64,000 nucleotides of DNA from Thermoproteota archaeon (GTDB taxonomy: Archaea > Thermoproteota > EX4484-205 > JAAOZP01): NCBI GenBank assembly GCA_038848185.1, contig JAWCNV010000010.1, positions 1,361-65,360 on the forward strand. Direction: 5' to 3'. Below, piece by piece: positions 9,863 through 18,043 of this stretch. The notes beneath the pieces are model-generated. The model was not told the origin of the DNA, did no database searches, and was given only the letters and a program-made list of their open reading frames with translations. The position numbers and the translations under genes were made by a program. Within the stretch, counting starts at the first letter, position 1. Each line of letters opens with the position of its first letter.

Positions 9863-11056
9863 CTAAACAGTATGCTTCTTCTTTCTTCGAACATAAAGGA
9901 TTATTATTACGAGTATTACTACAACTATTATTGGAAGCGCCAATTGAAGGATCCTGCTTGTCATACCTCCACTATTCTCCGCTTCCTCGGCTTCTTTCAT
10001 AATGTTTAAAGATTCGCTCAACAAGCTTCTCGCTCCCTCAATATCTCCAACCATTATTTTATCGAAAGCGGAATGCGCTTTTAGATAAGCTTCACGAGCA
10101 AGGTTCTTGGCAGAGGAGTCTTTATACGAGGCTATGGCGTTTCTCGCAGAATCCTCCGCCTTTCCTAGTTCAACAATAAGGTCTATCATGTCCTTGTTTC
10201 CCTCGTAGCCTCCTAGACCATGTATATAGAGTGCAATCCTAAGGGTCTTAGAATCGCCCTTCTTCATCGCACCTTTACCGAAATCAGTTAGCCTGAAATG
10301 TGCATTGTAATTAGTGTATGTCTCGTTACTCCCCCTGTTATCGCCTATGCCAAAACCTTTGAATAGGGATGGAGCTATGTTTATCATGGTTATTCCTTCA
10401 CCCAGAGTGCTGAAATCCATCCAGTAGGTCATTCGGCTAGTGTCGTAAAGAGATATATTAGGGTCATATTCAGCCGGAAGATTCACTCTTACTACGGTAT
10501 TCTCTCTAAAGACTTCTGCATAACTACCTCCAAAAAGGCTTACGGGGAACTCCCAGAATCCCCAGCCTACCCTGTTTATATCGCTCGAGTCTTCAACAGC
10601 CGTTAGATTTGAATCTATAAGTATCAAACCATTTTTTGAAACCGTTATCTTTGTGACGATATCTAGAACATGGACATTGTATCTGCCGAAAAACGTTGCT
10701 GTCACGTAATCAGGCTTTTCCTCTACAATTGGTGAAGCAGTTGCATTAGATCCATAAACCTGTTGCCAGTCGCCCTCCCAAATAAACCATCCTCCCGCGC
10801 CAGTGAAATTTATCTGCGATATTGCTATGCTAGAAATGCCTCCGTTGCTATTGATCGTTATTTTAAATTCCTCCGCGGTTCCACTTATAACGGTTATGGT
10901 AACGTTTGTCTCACCGGCCACGACTAAAAGCCTCTTGGCTTCTTGCACATACGGGTTCAAAACTTTAGCAAGTTGTGGAGATGCAAACCCGATTAGAGGA
11001 TTCAGCGTGAGAATAATCAGGAAAACCAGCATTAACACTGCAAACTTGTTCTTCAA
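9863..11056 (-). CDS. Secreted protein with C-terminal TM anchor (signal peptide ... IIVVVILVIIILYVRRKKKHTV); member of a three-paralog surface-protein family in this window
   Basis: N-terminal signal MKNKFAVLMLVFLIILTL, C-terminal hydrophobic helix plus basic tail. Paralogous to 32106-33263 and to the N-terminal domain of 33529-35205 (shared NGGI...KNGLILI and LYIHGxGGYEGNK blocks). Divergently transcribed from cassette A. Confidence 0.7.
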   Translation of the reverse strand: MKNKFAVLMLVFLIILTLNPLIGFASPQLAKVLNPYVQEAKRLLVVAGETNVTITVISGTAEEFKITINSNGGISSIAISQINFTGAGGWFIWEGDWQQVYGSNATASPIVEEKPDYVTATFFGRYNVHVLDIVTKITVSKNGLILIDSNLTAVEDSSDINRVGWGFWEFPVSLFGGSYAEVFRENTVVRVNLPAEYDPNISLYDTSRMTYWMDFSTLGEGITMINIAPSLFKGFGIGDNRGSNETYTNYNAHFRLTDFGKGAMKKGDSKTLRIALYIHGLGGYEGNKDMIDLIVELGKAEDSARNAIASYKDSSAKNLAREAYLKAHSAFDKIMVGDIEGARSLLSESLNIMKEAEEAENSGGMTSRILQLALPIIVVVILVIIILYVRRKKKHTV

Positions 11057-11360
11057 GGGTCAATATAAAGCTTTGACACAATAGTATAAAAACTTTATCT
11101 CGTCACTTAGCTAATTCACCATGTAACAGTGAAGGTTCTAACCGCTGGAGGAGGAAAAAGACATGATGATTGCTATAATGTCAGCAAACTAATTATTTTT
11201 GCAGGTGGGGCAATGGTATTTCAATGATATAGAGCATTTATCGCCTTCTATGAAGCTAATAACCACTGGACAGTTACCTGATGATTCTTTTCATGCTCCT
11301 TTTCTCCTGAAAGGTATCTGGAAGCGGGGGAAAGTATTTCAGGAAGTGTTTAACGAGTTA

Positions 11361-11371
11361 AGCTTATAAAC
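11361..11371 (+). promoter_or_regulatory. TATA box (CTTATAAA) for cassette A first gene
   Basis: TTATAAA centred about 30 nt upstream of ATG 11397, typical archaeal promoter spacing; an imperfect inverted repeat TTAACGAGTTAA lies immediately upstream (BRE-proximal). Confidence 0.45.
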
Positions 11372-11396
11372 CGCGTCTTATATCTAACCTTAAACA

Positions 11397-14300
11397 ATGC
11401 GCCACATATCGTTTACCGGTCTCAGGACCCCCCTGATACTTTCACTATTGGTCTTGATGCTTTTAACGCAGCTGACTTTCGTAACAGGATCCGTATCTTC
11501 GAGCAAAAGTAGTCCAGTCCAAATAAGCGATATTGGTAGTTTGAGCTTTGAAAACATCTTGGGGCATGTTGAAACCCTATCAGGATTCGGTTCCCGTGTT
11601 GTCGGTTACGATGGTTTCTTTGAGGCTGCTGACTATATTAAAGCATACTGGTCCTCTTTAGGCTTTGAGGTACGTGAAGAGAAATTTGACATGGTGACGC
11701 CTATCGTTGAAGACTGCTCTATAAAAGTAGAGACGGGTGATGGAACCATATTAGAGTTTGAGGCTTATCCACTTTGGCCTAATCACGTAAATCCTTGTCC
11801 CTACACAAGTCCTGAAGAGGGAGACAGGCTCATATACGTTGAAGGAGGGATTCCGGAAGATTTTGACGGCTCAAACCCGAAGGAAGCATTCGTCCTAATG
11901 GAATTTAATAATCGTTGGTATTGGAAGAACGCTGCTCTATTCGGTGCAAAAGGCATAATATTTCTTGAACCGGAAGAAACTACCGGTATCCAAGCTATTC
12001 AAAAAGTGTTCAGTATTCCAATAAACTTCCCTCGCCTATATGTAAGAGGCCAAACCGCCTCATATCTGAAGAATCTTGTAAAGCAAAGAGGAGAAGTCAA
12101 GATATGGGTAAACTCCAAGATGAAATGGGAACAGAAGAAAGTATCCAACATAATCGCAGTCATAGAGGGTTCTAACCCTGATACGAGAGACAAAGTGGCT
12201 GTCATAGGTGCTTACTATGATTCCTGGTCGATTGTGCCACAGCTTTCACCAGGTGCCACAGACTCCATAGGGATATCTTTCCTGTTAGAGCTTGGCAGGC
12301 TTTTAAAGGATACTCCTCCGGAAAGAACTGTCTGGCTAGTAGCTTTCGCAGGGCATTATCAAGGTTTGGCAGGTGGCAGGGAATTCATGGAGAAACATTT
12401 TGACGAGTTAGCTAGTAAACTTGAGATGATGTTAAGCGTTGACTTGGCGAGTGAGAGCGATATTTTAGCTGTTTACGCAACCGGTTCAATGTATGGGTAC
12501 TTGCAGCCACAGACGCTTTTAGCCAGATACAGTAGGTGGTTAGGTGATATCTTTTCAAAGTGGAAACCTGCTATTGAGAGTGCTATGGGTGAGGAGTATC
12601 ATGTGATAAACGGGGTCACTTGGTCAGACCCGAATTGGATAAGAAGTTCTCGCCCCTTCGAGCCTTTTCCAATATACTTCGAAGCCGAGATTTTCACCGA
12701 AGCCTGTTACGGTGGTGGTTTAGGTTTCGTTACAACGAACACCTTCAAAATATACCAGTATACGCCGTTAGACACAGTCGACAAGTTGATTCAAGATAAT
12801 ATTAGGAAACAAGTAAGCTTCCTGTGGCCAATACTGTACAATTGCGTTAACATGGAGGTAACTTACTTCCTTGCTCCAAAAAGGATAGCAACTGACTGGG
12901 GGTTAATCACTCTAACGATTCAGCTGGCTACGTATGATAAGATTACCGACTGGTTTAGAAGCTACTATCATGAGGATGCGATTTTTCTGGTTTCTGTTAG
13001 TGGGATTTCGTCTTCTCAGCAGCAAGTGGTTTACGCAGGTTTCTCAGCCCCCTCTTCAATAGGCTCTTTAAGAAGTGCTGTGGTACAGGGTGTGACAGTT
13101 GGACTGTTTGCCTCCTCTTCTGGTGTAAGCCAAGGGCAGGTTCAGCAGGGTTCGCTTGCAACCCCTCTTGGGTTCACCATGGTTGCTAAGCCTGATGCTC
13201 AAGGGCAGGTAGTTATTAAAGGAATAAGGCCTTTAACAGGTATTGACGTGCAAGCATACGTTATTGATCCGGAAACTGGAAAAATATTATGTGCAACAGA
13301 CACCGGGCCATTTGGAACCACCAAACTTAGGTATGGTGGTCTTTTCGGACAAGCCGCTGCAGCCGCAGCACCAACCCTTACCGCAGGTATGGAGGCACTA
13401 GTTTATCTCGCAGCATCAGGTGAGGGCGCTCGCTCTTTTAACCTCTTTGCCCCGCCATGGTGGCGATACGTTCCAATCATTAACGTTTCGTCGATCGCGA
13501 TATTAGGGCTTATTGATCCAGTTAACATTAAGGATGCGGCAGGACTGACACTAGAGGTCTACAACTTCATTTCTCACAGCTACCTTATTTGGAGAGATAC
13601 TCTTTCACCATGGCCAGAAACCATGGCTTTCATTCAACCAGATGTTCCTGTCGAAATCTTGATAAAAAGCGGAGGACGAATAGTGGCTATTTTAAACAAT
13701 GCCTCCAGCAAGTATCCTGAGGGTCAAGGCTACCTGCTTAAGCATGGTGAGACAAAAATCTTAACGATGTTTGATGCTGTAGATAGTGTGTTTTATCTTG
13801 CTCAGGCTAGAGCCGGCTTTTTGATGGAAAGAATGTCAGCAAATCCGAAGCTTGTACTCCATCTTGAGAAGATGAACAGTTTCAGAAAAGCCTCGGAAGA
13901 AGATCTGCAGAATGGGAAACTAGGTGAGTTCTACTCCCTATCTATTGCCTGCTGGCAATATGCGTTGCATGCTTACCTTTCTTCCTTCGAGCTAACATAT
14001 GACGTTGTTAATACAGCGTCTTTCTTCTTCTTCCTATCGGCCGCCTTCATAATTCTGGTTGCTAGGTTAATCGCAAGAAGAGAAGCCGGGGTAAAGCGTA
14101 TGATGTATATAATCGCTTTATTCTTAGTGGTAAATGTGCTTTTAGGATTAATTCATCCTGGTTACGCTATTTCATCAAATATCTGGATGCTTATAAATGG
14201 GTTGGCCATAATCCTGTTCTCAATCCTCTTGGTTTACGTTGTGATAGATGAGTTTAATGATGCTGTGAAAAGCATAAGCCAATCAATCCTTGGCTATCAT

Positions 14301-16055
14301 AAATCTGACATTGAGAGAAACAGCTTCATATTCTCCGCTTTCTCCATCGGTGTGGAAAACCTCAAAAAGAGGTATATTAGAACTGCTTTAACATTATCGA
14401 CCATCATAATAACCGTCCTTGCAATGACCATGTTCACAACTATGGGTTTAGTCGTTACGTCATATAAGACAGAGTTAGGCACGATGCCTGCTTACACAGG
14501 TTTCCTCATAAAGAAACCATTGCCTGACATCATTAATGTTCCCCTATCCGAGCTTTATATGATGGGAATAAATGATATTGCGTCACAAGGGCTCGGAGAA
14601 TTCCAAGCTTGCCCAAGAACTTGGATATATCCTCCGGGCATGAAGATGTTTGTAACATGGGCTAATGCGACGAAGTCAAGCATTAGGGCAATATTAGGAA
14701 TCACTCCAGAGGAGGCTAAATTATTAGAGCCTGCGCTTTCCTCTGGCACTACTTTCATGGAAGGTGCGGAGCGAGTAGCTTTGGTTAGTAGCGGTCTCGC
14801 CAGCCAGCTGAGTGAAGACCTTGGTATAGAGGTTAAGGTTGGTACTTCGATTAGTATTTACGGTATGCCTGTCACAGTCGTAGGGATCCTAGACGATGAG
14901 TTAAGCAAATCTGTTTTCAAAGACTTGGATGGTGGCGATTTTGTGCCCCTCAACCCAACCTCCTCACTTACGAGCGGAGCGCCGGTTTACCTCGATGTTA
15001 AAGAGGTACTAATTGTTCCCTATGATTTTGCAAGAAATGTCTTCAACGCTCAGCCTAACATCATCGTTTTACACTCCGGCACATCTATTAAAACTGAGGA
15101 TTTGGGTCAGCGTGCTTATGACTTGGCTTTGATACTACCCTTTGACATCTTCTTCGGCTCAATGCAGCATGAGTCCTCAGGCAAGGTTGCAACCAGAGAT
15201 GTATACTTAATCAGTGGAACTGAAAACATGCTGGTGCCTTTAACAATCTCTGCCTTAACGATTTTATCAATGATGCTGAGTGCAGTTTACGAAAGAACAA
15301 AGGAGATTACGACGCTTAGTACTCTAGGGCTTTCGCCACGCCACATCGGGTCAATCTTCCTAATAGAGTCAATAGCACTGGCTTTTATCGGCAGCTTCAT
15401 CGGCTATATAACGGGGGCAGGAGTAATGACTCTCTTATGGAGGCTGAACATGTTTCCCAAAGAATTGATTCCGAATGTGTCTTCAGGAGTAATAATTATA
15501 GTCATGGGTGTGATAATATTAGTTACGGTACTATCATCTGTTTACCCAATAGTTAGAGCCTCAAAACTAGCAACCCCGTCGTTACTGAGAAAGTGGCAGA
15601 TCGGAAGCAAACCGGTTGAAGACAGGTGGAGCGTAGCTTTACCCTTCAACGCTACTACCTCAGAGACGCTAGGGGTCTTAGAGTTTCTAGCTGAGTATTT
15701 TGAGGCTTCGTCTTCCACAAGCGGGAGGGCAGGACTCTTCATCCTCCTTAAGCCTGCAGAAATAATACAGGAGGATAATAGAAAAATCTTGAAAGTGCAG
15801 TTACAACTATCACCATTTGACGCTGGAATAATTCAAAATCTTGAAGTAGTTTGCCAGAGGATTGGTACCGATAGATATGGCTTCGGAATCCTGATAAATA
15901 GACTATTGGGCACGGAAAACCTTTGGGTTACGGCCAACAAGAACCTTCTCAGCGAACTTCGTAAACAGTTCCTATTCTGGAGGGCTCTTGGCGTAAGTGA
16001 TAAGGCAAAGTATATAGAGCGAGGGGAACGGAGGCAGAGCACTAGTAAGGAGTGA
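11397..16055 (+). CDS. Giant membrane protein: signal peptide, PA domain, degenerate M28-peptidase-like ectodomain, 3 TM, MacB/FtsX-type permease unit, conserved non-ATPase cytoplasmic C-terminal domain (cassette A, 'L' subunit)
   Basis: 1552 aa. Signal MRHISFTGLRTPLILSLLVLMLL. PA-like GDRLIYVEGG...AALFGAKGIIFLEPEE. M28-like VAVIGAYYDSWS...PGATDSIGISFLLELGR with metal ligands substituted (H to Y; DD to TD; EE to GH). MacB-type TM1 LKKRYIRTALTLSTIIITVLAMTMFT (around 14360-14460). FtsX core AVYERTKEITTLSTLGLSPRHIGSIFLIESIALAFIGSFIGY (around 15280-15400). About 170-aa C-terminal tail, no Walker A. Confidence 0.7.
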   Translation: MRHISFTGLRTPLILSLLVLMLLTQLTFVTGSVSSSKSSPVQISDIGSLSFENILGHVETLSGFGSRVVGYDGFFEAADYIKAYWSSLGFEVREEKFDMVTPIVEDCSIKVETGDGTILEFEAYPLWPNHVNPCPYTSPEEGDRLIYVEGGIPEDFDGSNPKEAFVLMEFNNRWYWKNAALFGAKGIIFLEPEETTGIQAIQKVFSIPINFPRLYVRGQTASYLKNLVKQRGEVKIWVNSKMKWEQKKVSNIIAVIEGSNPDTRDKVAVIGAYYDSWSIVPQLSPGATDSIGISFLLELGRLLKDTPPERTVWLVAFAGHYQGLAGGREFMEKHFDELASKLEMMLSVDLASESDILAVYATGSMYGYLQPQTLLARYSRWLGDIFSKWKPAIESAMGEEYHVINGVTWSDPNWIRSSRPFEPFPIYFEAEIFTEACYGGGLGFVTTNTFKIYQYTPLDTVDKLIQDNIRKQVSFLWPILYNCVNMEVTYFLAPKRIATDWGLITLTIQLATYDKITDWFRSYYHEDAIFLVSVSGISSSQQQVVYAGFSAPSSIGSLRSAVVQGVTVGLFASSSGVSQGQVQQGSLATPLGFTMVAKPDAQGQVVIKGIRPLTGIDVQAYVIDPETGKILCATDTGPFGTTKLRYGGLFGQAAAAAAPTLTAGMEALVYLAASGEGARSFNLFAPPWWRYVPIINVSSIAILGLIDPVNIKDAAGLTLEVYNFISHSYLIWRDTLSPWPETMAFIQPDVPVEILIKSGGRIVAILNNASSKYPEGQGYLLKHGETKILTMFDAVDSVFYLAQARAGFLMERMSANPKLVLHLEKMNSFRKASEEDLQNGKLGEFYSLSIACWQYALHAYLSSFELTYDVVNTASFFFFLSAAFIILVARLIARREAGVKRMMYIIALFLVVNVLLGLIHPGYAISSNIWMLINGLAIILFSILLVYVVIDEFNDAVKSISQSILGYHKSDIERNSFIFSAFSIGVENLKKRYIRTALTLSTIIITVLAMTMFTTMGLVVTSYKTELGTMPAYTGFLIKKPLPDIINVPLSELYMMGINDIASQGLGEFQACPRTWIYPPGMKMFVTWANATKSSIRAILGITPEEAKLLEPALSSGTTFMEGAERVALVSSGLASQLSEDLGIEVKVGTSISIYGMPVTVVGILDDELSKSVFKDLDGGDFVPLNPTSSLTSGAPVYLDVKEVLIVPYDFARNVFNAQPNIIVLHSGTSIKTEDLGQRAYDLALILPFDIFFGSMQHESSGKVATRDVYLISGTENMLVPLTISALTILSMMLSAVYERTKEITTLSTLGLSPRHIGSIFLIESIALAFIGSFIGYITGAGVMTLLWRLNMFPKELIPNVSSGVIIIVMGVIILVTVLSSVYPIVRASKLATPSLLRKWQIGSKPVEDRWSVALPFNATTSETLGVLEFLAEYFEASSSTSGRAGLFILLKPAEIIQEDNRKILKVQLQLSPFDAGIIQNLEVVCQRIGTDRYGFGILINRLLGTENLWVTANKNLLSELRKQFLFWRALGVSDKAKYIERGERRQSTSKE

Positions 16056-16061
16056 TAAGGA

Positions 16062-17942
16062 ATGGAAGAAGTCAAGCAGAAGGGGCTTACATGGAGGGCT
16101 GTTCTAGCAATCATATTCGTAGTGTTCGTCATAGAGCCAGCGATAGTTTACAACTGGCTGGTCAGTGGTCTTTGGGGGCTACCTCTTCAAAGCTGGGCAG
16201 TCATATTGCTATGGATTGGCTTGGCAAGGCTTCTAGGCTCCTCATTAAGCTCCAAGGAGATTTTTGTCATAAGAATGGTGGAGACAACAGGTCTAATGTT
16301 CACCGGCTACTACTTTGCATACTTACTGCGTAACCAGTATTTCGCAAATTCTGAAATAGCAGCACTGTTTGGCATGCAGGATCAAATACCCCCGTTCTTC
16401 TCGCCTCTTGGAGAGTTCGCCCAGAGATCCATGCTACAAAGGACATTTTTCGACTTTGCTTGGGCTCTGCCCATACTGGTCTCCGTTGTTATACCTGTAG
16501 TGCTCGTCGCAGTCGCCAATTATGTGCTTGGTCTGCTTGCCTTCAGACTCTACGTGCAGGAGGAGAAGCTGGAGTTTCCACTAGCCTCATGGGACGCTAG
16601 GACGATGAAAGCCTTCGGTGAAAGAGACAAAAGCCTGATCAAATATATTGCTCTCTCCATAATGGGTGGATTCCTTTACTCTGTAATGAGCCAAGGGCTC
16701 ACTACCATACTGGGGGTACCCCTGTTTCCACGCTATACCATAGATCTAACCAACATAGTTGAGACTATGCTTCCGGGGGCCTCGTTCTCCTTCAGCCTAG
16801 ATTTGTTATCTTATATAACTGGCTTCATCCTACCGATTCAATTTACAGCTGCGCAATTCATATCTTCAGTTGCACTATCTATTTTCGGAAACTATTACGT
16901 GACAGTTAACGATTTATGGCCTGCTGAGAGCAAATGGCAGGCTGGCCAAGGTTATCTCTGGATCTACCAGAGGTCTTCACTCTACTTCTGGAATAGCTTC
17001 ACAATAGGGTGGGGCATAGCAATGGCTGTAATTCCACTCTTGATAAGGTATAAGTCAGTCGTCAGAGCATTTACAAGAGTTGGTAGTGGTCTCGGAAAAA
17101 CGGAGAAAGGCAGTAGACTGCTTTCCAGCAAATTCCTTATTCTTATATACTTGGCTACTGCAGGAGCATCCATACTCATCACGAAGATTCTCATACCTGA
17201 CTTTCCTCTATGGGTCCTCGTGCTCTTCACGCTAGGAATCTCGTTTGTGATGACTCTGCTACAAACACACTCTGCAGGGATCACCGCCGGGTTTAGCGTC
17301 CCCTATCTTAGGGAAACCATGATATACTTTAGCGGTTACGATAGGATTGACATATGGTTCGCACCACCTGACATGATGCTTTTCCTCGGAGGATCAGGTA
17401 TAGCTCAACAGCTTAAGCAAGCATCTATGCTGGGCGTGGAAATAGAGGAGTATACTAAAGCGTATTTCCTAATGGTCTTCCTTGGGCTCTTGGGAAGCTT
17501 TATATTCGTTTCTCTCTTCTGGAGCCTCAGCCCTATACCCGGGTGGGCATACCCCTACACGATTTCAGCATGGCCTGTGGAAGCATTGAACTTCTGGAGG
17601 TGGCAAACCTGGCTCTGGTCTGGTTATCTCTTTAGAAGAGAAATGATGTTAACAGGTATTGGTGTCTCTACTGTGCTCTACCTGATATCGGACCTTGTTT
17701 TCCACATGCCTTCTTTCCCGATTGCAATGATGTCCGGAATGCTGATGGTTCCAAACATAGCTCTATCACAATTCCTGGGTTCCGTAATATCTGTAGGCAT
17801 AAGCAGGTTTTTAGGTAAGAAACTATGGGATGAAAACAAAGGGTTCTTTGTGATAGGTTTATCACTCGGAGACGGTCTCTTTTCCACAATTTTAAGGGTC
17901 CTAACATTGATAGGCAGGTCAGTATGGCTTAAGCCCTACTAA
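16062..17942 (+). CDS. Polytopic Trp-rich membrane protein, subfamily P1 (cassette A)
   Basis: 626 aa, 12 or more hydrophobic segments; homolog of 41143-43107 (GLTWRAVLAIIFVVFVIEPAIVYNWLVSG vs GLTWKTVLAIIFSSFIIQPAVIYLYLVSG); contains EKLEFPLAS motif; starts 7 nt after the upstream stop. Confidence 0.65.
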   Translation: MEEVKQKGLTWRAVLAIIFVVFVIEPAIVYNWLVSGLWGLPLQSWAVILLWIGLARLLGSSLSSKEIFVIRMVETTGLMFTGYYFAYLLRNQYFANSEIAALFGMQDQIPPFFSPLGEFAQRSMLQRTFFDFAWALPILVSVVIPVVLVAVANYVLGLLAFRLYVQEEKLEFPLASWDARTMKAFGERDKSLIKYIALSIMGGFLYSVMSQGLTTILGVPLFPRYTIDLTNIVETMLPGASFSFSLDLLSYITGFILPIQFTAAQFISSVALSIFGNYYVTVNDLWPAESKWQAGQGYLWIYQRSSLYFWNSFTIGWGIAMAVIPLLIRYKSVVRAFTRVGSGLGKTEKGSRLLSSKFLILIYLATAGASILITKILIPDFPLWVLVLFTLGISFVMTLLQTHSAGITAGFSVPYLRETMIYFSGYDRIDIWFAPPDMMLFLGGSGIAQQLKQASMLGVEIEEYTKAYFLMVFLGLLGSFIFVSLFWSLSPIPGWAYPYTISAWPVEALNFWRWQTWLWSGYLFRREMMLTGIGVSTVLYLISDLVFHMPSFPIAMMSGMLMVPNIALSQFLGSVISVGISRFLGKKLWDENKGFFVIGLSLGDGLFSTILRVLTLIGRSVWLKPY

Positions 17943-17955
17943 AACAGGCATCTGA

Positions 17956-17990
17956 ATATTTTTTTCCTAGTTTTTGATTATTGTTTTCAT
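17956..17990 (+). terminator. T-tract terminator candidate (ATATTTTTTTCC...TTTTTGATTATTGTTTTC)
   Basis: T7 run beginning 16 nt after the stop of the 626-aa gene; archaeal terminators are oligo-T tracts. Confidence 0.4.
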
Positions 17991-18003
17991 TATATGCTAG
18001 TAA

Positions 18004-18014
18004 AACTTATATAC
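18004..18014 (+). promoter_or_regulatory. TATA-like element (ACTTATATACT) for the 683-aa gene
   Basis: Centred about 34 nt upstream of ATG 18044. Confidence 0.35.
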
Positions 18015-18043
18015 TTCCAAACATCCTATTAGACGATGGTAAA

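Noticed and set aside
9751-10009. Two small plus-strand ORFs (83 and 65 aa) downstream of cutA
   Set aside because: They overlap the 3' end of the well-supported minus-strand 397-aa surface-protein gene and have low-complexity composition.
11057-11396. Tiny ORF (MMIAIMSAN) and imperfect palindrome TTAACGAGTTAA in the 340-nt divergent intergenic region
   Set aside because: The ORF is too short and has no RBS or conservation evidence. The palindrome is short and imperfect, so it is mentioned only as a possible operator next to the TATA box.
12144-12450. Calling the M28-like domains active aminopeptidases
   Set aside because: The His, Asp and Glu zinc ligands and the catalytic Glu are substituted in both paralogs, so I annotated them as degenerate binding domains.
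16052-16333. Alternative 93-aa frame at the start of the 626-aa gene
   Set aside because: The out-of-frame overlap makes it unlikely. The other frame gives a 626-aa protein homologous to the cassette-B 654-aa protein along its whole length.
17981-18043. TTG-initiated N-terminal extension of the 683-aa membrane protein
   Set aside because: The extension runs through the T-tract terminator/TATA region. The paralog in cassette B starts with the homologous MAEE..., which supports ATG 18044.
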